Source of the DNA: Gemmatimonadota bacterium | GTDB taxonomy: Bacteria > Latescibacterota > UBA2968 > UBA8231 | DNA length: 36,347 nt | Assembly (NCBI GenBank): GCA_038128265.1 | Contig: JAYPJE010000029.1 | Coordinates: forward strand, 1 to 36,347 | Direction: 5' to 3' | Part shown: one piece after another, positions 1 to 8,445 of the stretch | Position numbering within the stretch: position 1 is the stretch's first letter | Layout of the letters: each line of letters begins with the position of its first letter | Program-made: the position numbers and the translations under genes | Notes under the pieces: generated by a model | Database searches by the model: none | What the model saw: only the letters and a program-made list of their open reading frames with translations | Told to the model about the DNA's origin: nothing

Positions 1-1
1 T

Positions 2-1147
2 ATGCAAATCACAGCGATTAAACCGATCTTAGCGCGCTTTGGCAATCGTCCGCGCGTGCTGGTAAAGGTCGAAACCGACGAGGGCATTACGGGCTGGGGC
101 GAGGCCTACTCGATCGGGCCCGATCTGTCCGTAGGCCCTGTGGTCGATTACTGCTTTGAATTGATCAAGGGCATCGATCCGCGCCGCATCGAGTTTATTA
201 TGATGAAGCTTATGCAGCAGTTTCGCTTTCCGCCCGGCGGCATCGGCTTATCGGCTATATCGGCTATCGACCACGCGCTGTGGGATATTTCCGGCAAGGC
301 GGCCGGCGTCCCGGTCTACATGCTGCTGGGCGGTGCGGCGCGCGACAAGATTCGCGTCTATCGCAGCATCGGTGGGCGCGATGGAACGCAGGCGGCTGAG
401 CAAGCGCACAAGCTGCACGAGGAATACGGCTTTACCGCCTTTAAAACGAGCCCGTATAGGCTCAATCCAGATGCGAGCCGCTGGGGACTCGTATGCCGCG
501 AGGCGGCGCGCTACTTTGAGGATCTGCGCAAGAATACGCCCGAGGAGTGGGAATTCGCCTTTGATCCGCACGCCAAAATTTTCGAGCCCATCCTCGCGCT
601 GCAACTGGCCAACGCGCTGGCCCCCTACGACCCGTTTTTCTACGAGGAGCCGCTGCGCCCCGAGCACATGCCGGCTTGGTCGAAGCTGCGCGCGCAAATG
701 CAGGTGCCTTTGGCAACGGGCGAGTCGCTCTACACGCGCTTTGAGTTTTTGGATCTACTCGCCTGTCAGGGGGCTGACATTATTCAGCCGGATATCTGCG
801 TCTGTGGTGGTCTGCTGGAAATGCGCAAAATAGCTGCGATTGCCGAGGCGCATTACGTCAGCGTAGCGCCGCACAATCCGATGGGGCCGTTGGCCACAGC
901 CGTCAATGTGCACTTTGCCGCTTCGCAGCCCAACTTCAAGATCCTCGAATACATTCTGCCGACGGAAACCGATTGGCACGACTGGGTCGACGAACCCTAT
1001 CTGCCCAAAGACGGCTATCTGGAGCTGCGTCCAGACCGGCCGGGACTCGGTGTTGAAATTAATGAGGACGCCATTACGGGCGACGAGTACGTGCACTGGG
1101 AGCGCTCGAGTCCGACGCGCCCGGATGGCTCTACGGGTTATATTTAG
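2..1147 (+). CDS. Mandelate racemase/muconate lactonizing enzyme family protein (galactonate dehydratase DgoD-like acid-sugar dehydratase)
   Basis: N-terminal VKVETDEGITGWGE and AISAIDHALWDISGKAAGVPVYMLLGG signature; metal ligands in FDPH, YEEP and ATGE; IIQPD and APHNP motifs. Substrate not determinable. Confidence 0.9.
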   Translation: MQITAIKPILARFGNRPRVLVKVETDEGITGWGEAYSIGPDLSVGPVVDYCFELIKGIDPRRIEFIMMKLMQQFRFPPGGIGLSAISAIDHALWDISGKAAGVPVYMLLGGAARDKIRVYRSIGGRDGTQAAEQAHKLHEEYGFTAFKTSPYRLNPDASRWGLVCREAARYFEDLRKNTPEEWEFAFDPHAKIFEPILALQLANALAPYDPFFYEEPLRPEHMPAWSKLRAQMQVPLATGESLYTRFEFLDLLACQGADIIQPDICVCGGLLEMRKIAAIAEAHYVSVAPHNPMGPLATAVNVHFAASQPNFKILEYILPTETDWHDWVDEPYLPKDGYLELRPDRPGLGVEINEDAITGDEYVHWERSSPTRPDGSTGYI

Positions 1148-1170
1148 AACGGGCGTGACGCGGTTAAGAG

Positions 1171-1202
1171 AGCGGGCCGGAGGCATTTGCCTCCGGCCCG
1201 CT
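1171..1202. terminator. Intrinsic terminator-like hairpin between convergent genes
   Basis: Perfect inverted repeat AGCGGGCCGGAGGCA-TT-TGCCTCCGGCCCGCT between the stops at 1147 (+) and 1226 (-). Confidence 0.8.
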
Positions 1203-1225
1203 TTGCATGCGATAGAATGGGTCGA

Positions 1226-1990
1226 CTAGTGGACGTCGACGTCCAGTATGTAGCGGGCCGCCGGTGAGATGCGCTTAAATGTCTCGTAGCGCAGGTAGGT
1301 GCGCTGGTCGAGCTGCTGGCCGTGCTCGCGCGCCGTAAAGTAGCAGTGCATGGCGCGGCGCTGCAGATCGCTGCTGGTGTTTGTGGTGCCGCCGTGCCAG
1401 GTGTGGCTGTTAAAAATGGCTACGGTGCCGGCCGGTGCAGTCACGTATTCTTCGTCTGGATGCGGTGCCATGGGATCGTCTAGCGCGCTGCGCGGATGCG
1501 GCTTTTTGTGCGAGCCAGGCACCAGGCGCGTGCAGCCGTTGTCGCGACTAAAATCGTCGAGCAGCCAGATTGAGTTGCAGACGTGAAACTGGCCGTCGTA
1601 GTCGGCACCCCAGTCAGCGTGCAGGCCCTGCAGACCTTCGCCGGGCAGTGCGTCGCGCGCGTTGAGCGACGAGAGCTTAAAGTCGCGGCCGATGACGTGG
1701 TGTATGCAGGCGAGCACTTGGGGATGCGTATAGACGGAGTCGAACATCGCGCCCTTGTTGACTAGGTCGGACAGCCGCCGCGTGCCCTTTTCCTGGTGGA
1801 CTTCGATGCCGGCGCCCGGTCCTTCGCGCTCGCACAGCTCTTCAAAGCGCGCGCGCAGCGCGTCCAGCCATGTGCTGTCTATGATGCCGGGTAAGACCGC
1901 GTAGCCTTTCTCGTCGAGGTCGCGGCGGGTTTCATCGCCGATGGCGTCGGGCGTGGCCCCGAGTTCGCGTAGAGCCTGCGTGATATCCAT
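1226..1990 (-). CDS. Phytanoyl-CoA dioxygenase (PhyH) family Fe(II)/2-oxoglutarate dioxygenase
   Basis: GYAVLPGII, QGLHAD (HxD), NGCTRLVPGSH, distal HTWHGG..N and RR motifs. Start placed at ATG 1990 (MDITQAL); the ORF track extends to 2038. Confidence 0.88.
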   Translation of the reverse strand: MDITQALRELGATPDAIGDETRRDLDEKGYAVLPGIIDSTWLDALRARFEELCEREGPGAGIEVHQEKGTRRLSDLVNKGAMFDSVYTHPQVLACIHHVIGRDFKLSSLNARDALPGEGLQGLHADWGADYDGQFHVCNSIWLLDDFSRDNGCTRLVPGSHKKPHPRSALDDPMAPHPDEEYVTAPAGTVAIFNSHTWHGGTTNTSSDLQRRAMHCYFTAREHGQQLDQRTYLRYETFKRISPAARYILDVDVH

Positions 1991-2077
1991 ACGTAAAGAT
2001 CCTGGGTATAGGAGTCGTTTGATGGAGCGTTGCTCCATGGCTATGCGCTGTAAATATCTGCGCTGAGTGCCCTGTCT

Positions 2078-3556
2078 TCAATGGTCTAGCCGCGTTTCCA
2101 TGTGACCGGCAAAGTAGGCATAGATTGCCTCGCGGTGACCGCCGTCGTGGCGCTGCGCATTGTTCGCGCTGATAATCGGTGCGTCCTCGTCCAAGTGGAC
2201 CGTAGAAGGAGCATCAAACAGGGCCCACTGCGCAAGGGCCGACTTCATACCGGCTACGGTTTGGGCACAGCCCGACTCGGCATAGCGGTTGTGCAATTCG
2301 TGCGGGTCTTCCTTCAGATCAAAGAACTGCGAGTGGCGATCGTCGCGGCACCAGAGCAGCTTGTAGCGCTGCGAGCGCACCATATAGCTGTGGCCATTGC
2401 CCGACTCGGCAAAGATGTAATCGCGCTCGGGCAGCGCGCGCAGGTCCGATCCCGCCATGTGCTTGGGCACGGGGCAGCCGGCGCTCTTTAGCAGAGTTGG
2501 TGCGCCGTCTACGCTGTTGACCAGGGCCTCGCAGACCGAGCCGGCGCGCTCTTGGCCCGGATATTTTACGATTAGCGGCACCCGAATCAGCGGCTCATAC
2601 ATGTAGTTGCCCTTAAGCAGCAGGTGGTGGTAGCCCATATAATCGCCGTGGTCGCTATTGTACAGAATGAGCGTGTTGTCGTATAGCCCTTTCTCTTTGA
2701 GGAGCGAAACGATGCGGCCAACATGGTGGTCGATTTGTGAAATTGTCGCATAGTAGTAGGCCATCGCGCGGCGTATTTTCGTCTCGGTCATCTCGTCCGA
2801 GGGAAAGTAGCCCCGGCTAAAGGCCAGGTCCTGCGGCAGCGGCGTCGGCGTGTAGCCGGGCAGCATGCGCAGTGCGCTGGGATCGTAGCGATCGGCCCAA
2901 GAGGCCGGTGGGTCAAAGGGGTGGTGGGGCTTTATGAAGCTGGCCATCAGCAGGTTGCCACCGCTCTCCCAGGAGGCGACCTCTTCCATGGCGCGTTCGG
3001 CAATCCAGGTGGTCGAATGGTGCGCTTCATCGAGGTCGGATACGAGCGCGCCGACGCTGTCCCAATACTCGGCTGGGGCGTGCTGGCGGTACTCGCGCTC
3101 TTGATCGAGCAAGTCGACGAAGTGGCCCTGGCCCTCGGCGCGCAGCCAGCGGTGGTAGTCGTCGTCGTAGCGCCCCGCGCCATTTTGCTCGGCCAGCAGG
3201 AGCTGGTCAAAGCCGACATCGGCATAGGTCGGCGTCAGGTGCATCTTGCCAACGGCCTTGGTGCGGTAGCCCGCATCGCGCAGAACGCGCGGAAAGGTCG
3301 CCAGCCCCGAGGGCAGCGTGCAGTGATTGCTGCCGCCCAAGTGCTGGCGCACGTAGAGCCCTGATAGAAAAGAGTAGCGCGACGGGGTGCAGACTGGGTA
3401 GGGGCAAAACGAGTTGTCATAGCGCACGCCGTCGGTGGCCAATGCGTCGATATGCGGTGTGTGCACGTCTGCGTTGCCGTAGGTGCCAATGCAGTCGGCG
3501 CGGTGCTGGTCGGCTTGGAGAATGAGGATATTGGGGCGCGTAGTAGGATCTGTCAT
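2078..3556 (-). CDS. Formylglycine-dependent sulfatase (S1 family), probably cytoplasmic
   Basis: RPNILILQADQHR, CTPSR (CxPxR), GKMH, PHHPF, NSDHGD, LKG and FFDLKEDPHE motifs; no signal peptide. Confidence 0.93.
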   Translation of the reverse strand: MTDPTTRPNILILQADQHRADCIGTYGNADVHTPHIDALATDGVRYDNSFCPYPVCTPSRYSFLSGLYVRQHLGGSNHCTLPSGLATFPRVLRDAGYRTKAVGKMHLTPTYADVGFDQLLLAEQNGAGRYDDDYHRWLRAEGQGHFVDLLDQEREYRQHAPAEYWDSVGALVSDLDEAHHSTTWIAERAMEEVASWESGGNLLMASFIKPHHPFDPPASWADRYDPSALRMLPGYTPTPLPQDLAFSRGYFPSDEMTETKIRRAMAYYYATISQIDHHVGRIVSLLKEKGLYDNTLILYNSDHGDYMGYHHLLLKGNYMYEPLIRVPLIVKYPGQERAGSVCEALVNSVDGAPTLLKSAGCPVPKHMAGSDLRALPERDYIFAESGNGHSYMVRSQRYKLLWCRDDRHSQFFDLKEDPHELHNRYAESGCAQTVAGMKSALAQWALFDAPSTVHLDEDAPIISANNAQRHDGGHREAIYAYFAGHMETRLDH

Positions 3557-3625
3557 GGGCGTATAGGCCGTCTCGCTATGTGGATGGTCGCCAAAGCGGG
3601 TGCGAATGCAGGGATCGATGCGATT

Positions 3626-4456
3626 TTATGGGGTCTCAGCCATCAGCGCTTTGAGCGGCACGTCCTCGTCGCGCGGGATGTAATAACTCATCGCATCGTC
3701 CACCGCGCCGAGCAGCTGTTTTTGAATGGGGTTGGCACGCGCCAAAAGCGCGTCGGGCATTTGCATGTAGTCCATCGGTTTAATCCAGCGGTAGGCGTAG
3801 CCTACGAAGAGCGTTTTGCGCGGGAAGCCTGCCCAGTTATGGCCTATGGAGTGAAAGGTGCGCTGTTCAAAAATAAAGGCCGACCCGGCGCGCACGTTCA
3901 TTGCTTTGGCGCCGTGCAAAAGACCCGTGTCCGGGTCGGCCGGCGGATTCCCGACCATGCGGTTAGAGCCCGGCACAATCCACGTCGCGCCCGACGAGGG
4001 CAGCGTCTGGTCGCTCAGCGCATAGGCGATTTTGAGCAAAATGCGCGGGTGGGGCTCGGCCATTTCATGCGACGAGGTGCCGCCGTCTCGGTGCCAGCCG
4101 AGTCGGTGCTTTTTTTCTTCGGAGGGTTCGGGCTGCGAGGGCAAGACGATCAGATGAGTCGTGACCATCTGAATGTTCCAGCCGAGAATGTGCCAGGCCA
4201 GCGGCGCCGTTGTCGGATGGTCGAGCAGCTGCAGGAAGGCGTCGTGATGAACGATGCAGTTGCGCAGGTTGAGTTTGCCCAACGGTTCCAGCGTGCCCTC
4301 GCGCTCGGCGCGCGCATAGAGTTCGTCGGTGGCATCGTTGAGCTCGCCAAGTAGGCCGGGAGACAGAGCATCTTCGATGAGCAGGTAGCCGTTTTGCTCA
4401 AAGAACAGGGCGTCGCGATCGTTTAAAACGGCGTATTCTGGTCGAGGCAGTGTCAT
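3626..4456 (-). CDS. PhyH family Fe(II)/2OG dioxygenase
   Basis: FFEQNGYLLIEDAL, GWHRDG (HxD), GATWIVPGSN, RTFHS..N..R. Start placed at ATG 4456 (MTLPRPEY), preceded by GGAGAG; the ORF track extension to 4594 is unlikely. Confidence 0.88.
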   Translation of the reverse strand: MTLPRPEYAVLNDRDALFFEQNGYLLIEDALSPGLLGELNDATDELYARAEREGTLEPLGKLNLRNCIVHHDAFLQLLDHPTTAPLAWHILGWNIQMVTTHLIVLPSQPEPSEEKKHRLGWHRDGGTSSHEMAEPHPRILLKIAYALSDQTLPSSGATWIVPGSNRMVGNPPADPDTGLLHGAKAMNVRAGSAFIFEQRTFHSIGHNWAGFPRKTLFVGYAYRWIKPMDYMQMPDALLARANPIQKQLLGAVDDAMSYYIPRDEDVPLKALMAETP

Positions 4457-4500
4457 AAAAGTGATCTCTCCCGTTACATGGGCGTCGATGCAAATACGGG

Positions 4501-4529
4501 AAGGTATTGCGCTATCGGCTGACGGGCAA
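4501..4529 (-). promoter_or_regulatory. Putative sigma70 promoter for the PhyH-sulfatase-PhyH unit
   Basis: Minus strand TTGCCC-N17-TACCTT about 45 nt upstream of ATG 4456. Confidence 0.45.
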
Positions 4530-4619
4530 GCGGGGACTTTTTTGGGGGTGTTTCTTAGATTGTCAGAAGGCGCACACGTCTGCTGTGCGTGCATTGGTAA
4601 GCGGAGAGGAGCGCATTAG

Positions 4620-5834
4620 ATGAGTGCATTGGACGGTTTGCGCGTCGTGGATTTTACCCAGGTTATTTTTGGACCAGCGGCTACGCAGGTGCTGGCCGAT
4701 CACGGGGCCGAAGTCATCAAAATAGAGCGCCCGGGGCAGGGTGATCTCGCCCGCGCCTTTGGGCCATGGCACAATGGTCAGAGTCTGCCCTTTGCCAGCC
4801 TCAACTTGAGCAAACAGAGTCTGGTGATCGATCTAAAACGGGATGAGGGCTTGGGCGTCGTCCACCGCTTGCTCGAGGGGGCCGATGTGCTGGTGCACAA
4901 CTTTCGCTCCGGCAGCGTGATGGAAAAGCTGGGACTGGACTACGAGGCGCTCGAGGAACGCTACCCGCGGCTCGTCTACGCCGTTGGGTCGGGCTACGGT
5001 TCCAGCGGCCCCTACGTCGAGCGCAACAAGGGCGGACACGAGTCTATGGCGCAGGCGCTGAGCGGCGCAGCAGCGCGCTTCGTCGGGGCGCGCGGTCCGC
5101 AGCGGTTGCCCTTTACGGTAGCCGACTTCACGGGCGGCATGCTGCTGGCACAGGCCATCCTGCTCGCGCTCTTGGCGCGCGAGCGTACCGGCAGAGGCCA
5201 GTATGTGGAGACATCGCTGCTAGACGGCATGATGAGCATGCAGGCGTGGAACACTTCTAAGCTGCTCAACATCGGCGATGACGGCGAGGACGATGGTTCG
5301 GGGGGCGCGACGCATCCGCGCGGCAACCCCCTCGACGGCGCGGTATTCCAAACGGCGGATGGCCATCTGATGGTGACGGCGCTCTTCCGCCCTTTTGACG
5401 TGCTGATGGCCGATCTGGAAGAGGCGCTGGGGGCGAACGGACTGGCTTCTGACGCGCGCTTCGCCGATTTGGAAACGGCCAAGAACCATCGTGCCGAGCT
5501 GCATGCGCGCTTGCAGCCCATTTTTGCACAGCGGCCCAGCCAAGAGTGGATACCCCTGCTAGAGGCCAAGGACATTCTCGTTGCGCCGGTGCGCTCGACG
5601 GCCGAGGCGCTGGCCGATCCCCAGCTGGCGGTCAACAATATGCTAGTGGACGTTGAACACCCGCAGGTGGGGCCGACGCGCCACGTGGGCACGCCGCTGC
5701 GCCTGCGCGACACGCCGGCTACCCAGGCGCGGCCGGCGCCTCTAATAGGCGAACACAGCGCGCAGGTGCTGCGTTCCATTGGCTATAGCGAAGAGGAAGT
5801 AGAGCATCTCTTTGCCGAGGGCGTCATCGCTTGA
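4620..5834 (+). CDS. CaiB/BaiF family III CoA-transferase
   Basis: LDGLRVVDFTQVIFGP..TQVLADHGAEVIKIERPGQGD, K.SLVIDLK, ADVLVHNFR, catalytic Asp in TVADFTGG, RERTGRGQ, APLIGEHS; SD-like GAGGAG upstream. Confidence 0.93.
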   Translation: MSALDGLRVVDFTQVIFGPAATQVLADHGAEVIKIERPGQGDLARAFGPWHNGQSLPFASLNLSKQSLVIDLKRDEGLGVVHRLLEGADVLVHNFRSGSVMEKLGLDYEALEERYPRLVYAVGSGYGSSGPYVERNKGGHESMAQALSGAAARFVGARGPQRLPFTVADFTGGMLLAQAILLALLARERTGRGQYVETSLLDGMMSMQAWNTSKLLNIGDDGEDDGSGGATHPRGNPLDGAVFQTADGHLMVTALFRPFDVLMADLEEALGANGLASDARFADLETAKNHRAELHARLQPIFAQRPSQEWIPLLEAKDILVAPVRSTAEALADPQLAVNNMLVDVEHPQVGPTRHVGTPLRLRDTPATQARPAPLIGEHSAQVLRSIGYSEEEVEHLFAEGVIA

Positions 5835-5989
5835 GCCTCTGCGCTCAGCGCGCGACTTTTGTGCTATATTCAGGAGCCGTCTTTGCGCCCCACTGTTGGC
5901 GCATTGGAAGCTACCAACGGCGCGCGGCCGTGGGGCGCGTCTGAGTAGAATTGCATCCGCGTAGTAACGCATCGGATAGGCTTTGAAAG

Positions 5990-8443
5990 ATGGATAATAG
6001 AATCGATTTGAGCGGAACGTGGGAAGCTGAGGGAGCGGGCAAACGCTTTCCGTTGGCGATTCCCGGCGACGTGCACAGCGCGCTATTGCATGGCGGTCAC
6101 ATAGAAGATCCCTACTGGGGCACCAACGAACTGGACTTGCAGCACCTGCACGGCGAGGACTGGCTTTTTACGCGCACCGTCTCTGTGGACGCGGGCTTTC
6201 TGCGCGCTCCTTCAATCTACCTGCACTTTGACAGCATTGATACGGTGGCAGAAGTCATCGTCAATGGCCAAGTCGTGGGTCGCAGCGACAATATGTTTGC
6301 GCGCTGCCGCTTCGAGGTGAAAGACCATCTACAAGAAGGGGAAAATAGGCTAGCGGTGCGCATTCGCTCGGCTGAAAATACAGCGATAGAGCGCGTCGAC
6401 CAGATGCCTTACGAAATTCCCGGCAGCGATTATCCCGTGCAGTCGCCGCATCGCAACCTGGTGCGCAAAGTGCAGTGCCACGCCGGCTGGGATTGGGGTT
6501 GTTGTCTGATGGCAGCCGGTCTCTATGGACAAGTCTATCTGGGGGCTGCGCTGCCGGGGCGCATCGAGCACGTCTATACAGAGCAGCACTTTGACGGAGC
6601 TGCGTGCGTGCTGGACGTGTGCGTCGAGGTGCTGGCGGCCGAGGATGGATTGAGCGAGCTCGTTCTCAGCGTCGATGGGCATTCGCAGCGCGTGCCCGTG
6701 ACGTTGAACGAGGGGTTTAACACGCTGCGCGAGCGCGTTGAGATTGCCGATCCGCAGCGCTGGTGGCCAGCCGGCTATGGGCCACAGCCGCTCTATGATT
6801 TGTGGGTGGAAGTGGCCGGCGACCGCGTGGAAAAACGCATTGGCCTGCGCGAACTGGCGCTGGTCACCGAAGAGGACGAGCGCGGTTTGAGCTTTGCGTT
6901 TCGCGTTAACGGCATCGACCTCTTTGCCAAGGGTGCCAACTGGATTCCCTGCGATGCGCTGCCGGCCCGGCAGACGCGCGCCGTCCTTGACGACCTGCTC
7001 AGCAGCGCTGTCGAAGCCAATATGAACATGATTCGCGTGTGGGGCGGCGGTCAGTATGAGTCGGAGGACTTCTACGATCTGTGCGACGAGAAGGGCCTGC
7101 TCGTTTGGCAGGATTTTATGTTTTCCTGCTCGACCTATCCGGCCACGAAAGACTTTTTGGCGAGCGTAGAACAGGAGGCGCGCTACCAGGTCAAACGCCT
7201 GCGCGATCACGCCTGTATCGCGCTGTGGTGCGGCAACAACGAGGATCTCGGCGCCCTGAACTGGTTTCCCGCATCGCGGGAGAATCGCGATCGCTACTTA
7301 GTCGACTACGACCGGCTTACGGAAGGTGTGCTGGGGCGCGTAGTCGACGAATGCGATCCAACGCGTTCGTTCTGGCCGTCCTCTCCCTGCGGCGGGCGCG
7401 GCGACTACTCCGACAACTGGCACGACGATTCGCGCGGCGATATGCACTATTGGCAGGTCTGGCACTCGGGTAAGTCGTTTGATGCCTACTACGACGTCGT
7501 ACCGCGCTTCTGTTCGGAGTTTGGCTACCAGTCTTTTCCCTCAATAGAAACGATCAGGACCTATGCGCCAGAGGATCAGTTCAACGTCACGGCGCCCATT
7601 ATGGAGCACCACCAGCGCAACCCGGGTGGCAACTCCAAAATAACCGAGATGTTCACGCGGTATTTCCGCATGCCCGACGGCTTTGCCAACTTCGTCTATC
7701 TGAGCCAGGTGCAGCAGGGACTGGCCATCAAGACCGCCGTTGAGCACTGGCGCCACCTGCGGCCCATTTGCATGGGCACGCTCTACTGGCAGCTCAACGA
7801 TCTGTGGCCAGTGTGCTCTTGGTCGTCGCTTGAATACGGCGGCAAGTGGAAGCTGCTGCACTACATGGCCAAGCGCTTTTATGCGCCAACCATCGTTTCG
7901 GCATTCCAGACGGAGCGTGACGAAGTAGAGATTTGGGTTACCAACGACCCGATGCAGACCGTTGATGCGGAGGTGGGCTTGCGCGTGTTCACCTTTGACG
8001 GCAAACTTTTGGACAGCATTGACTTATCGACGCCTGTAGAGCCCGGTAGTGCTCGCCTATTGCGCCGATTTTCCGTCGACGAGCTCGCGCCCGAGCGCAC
8101 CGGCGTGTTTGCCGTGCTCGATATGACCGTTGGCACGACTGTATTTCGCAACGAGCACGTATTTGCCCCCTGGAAATCGTGCCCGTTACCCGCTGCCGAC
8201 GTGCAGTGCCGCGTGGTTGAACAAGCCGATGGGCAGCTGTCCGTCGTCGTTCGCACCGATGCTCCCGTGTTTTATCTGGCCCTGGACGTACAGGGCGTGC
8301 GCGGATCGTTTGAGGACAACGGTTTTACCCTATTGCCTGACGAAGAACGCACCGTATCTTTTAACCGCAGAGATTTAGGCACCTCGGCGCAGGATTTAAC
8401 GGCTGCACTGAGCGTGCAGCACCTGCGTTCCACATACCTGTAG
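5990..8443 (+). CDS. Glycoside hydrolase family 2, beta-mannosidase type
   Basis: RKVQCHAGWDWG, FAKGANWIP, NMNMIRVWGGGQYE, WQDFMF, WCGNNE (acid/base), FCSEFG (nucleophile), YWQLND; no signal peptide. Confidence 0.93.
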   Translation: MDNRIDLSGTWEAEGAGKRFPLAIPGDVHSALLHGGHIEDPYWGTNELDLQHLHGEDWLFTRTVSVDAGFLRAPSIYLHFDSIDTVAEVIVNGQVVGRSDNMFARCRFEVKDHLQEGENRLAVRIRSAENTAIERVDQMPYEIPGSDYPVQSPHRNLVRKVQCHAGWDWGCCLMAAGLYGQVYLGAALPGRIEHVYTEQHFDGAACVLDVCVEVLAAEDGLSELVLSVDGHSQRVPVTLNEGFNTLRERVEIADPQRWWPAGYGPQPLYDLWVEVAGDRVEKRIGLRELALVTEEDERGLSFAFRVNGIDLFAKGANWIPCDALPARQTRAVLDDLLSSAVEANMNMIRVWGGGQYESEDFYDLCDEKGLLVWQDFMFSCSTYPATKDFLASVEQEARYQVKRLRDHACIALWCGNNEDLGALNWFPASRENRDRYLVDYDRLTEGVLGRVVDECDPTRSFWPSSPCGGRGDYSDNWHDDSRGDMHYWQVWHSGKSFDAYYDVVPRFCSEFGYQSFPSIETIRTYAPEDQFNVTAPIMEHHQRNPGGNSKITEMFTRYFRMPDGFANFVYLSQVQQGLAIKTAVEHWRHLRPICMGTLYWQLNDLWPVCSWSSLEYGGKWKLLHYMAKRFYAPTIVSAFQTERDEVEIWVTNDPMQTVDAEVGLRVFTFDGKLLDSIDLSTPVEPGSARLLRRFSVDELAPERTGVFAVLDMTVGTTVFRNEHVFAPWKSCPLPAADVQCRVVEQADGQLSVVVRTDAPVFYLALDVQGVRGSFEDNGFTLLPDEERTVSFNRRDLGTSAQDLTAALSVQHLRSTYL

Positions 8444-8445
8444 AT

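Noticed and set aside
3452..4354. 300-aa plus-strand ORF
   Set aside because: Antisense to a well-supported PhyH gene; Arg-rich and motif-less.
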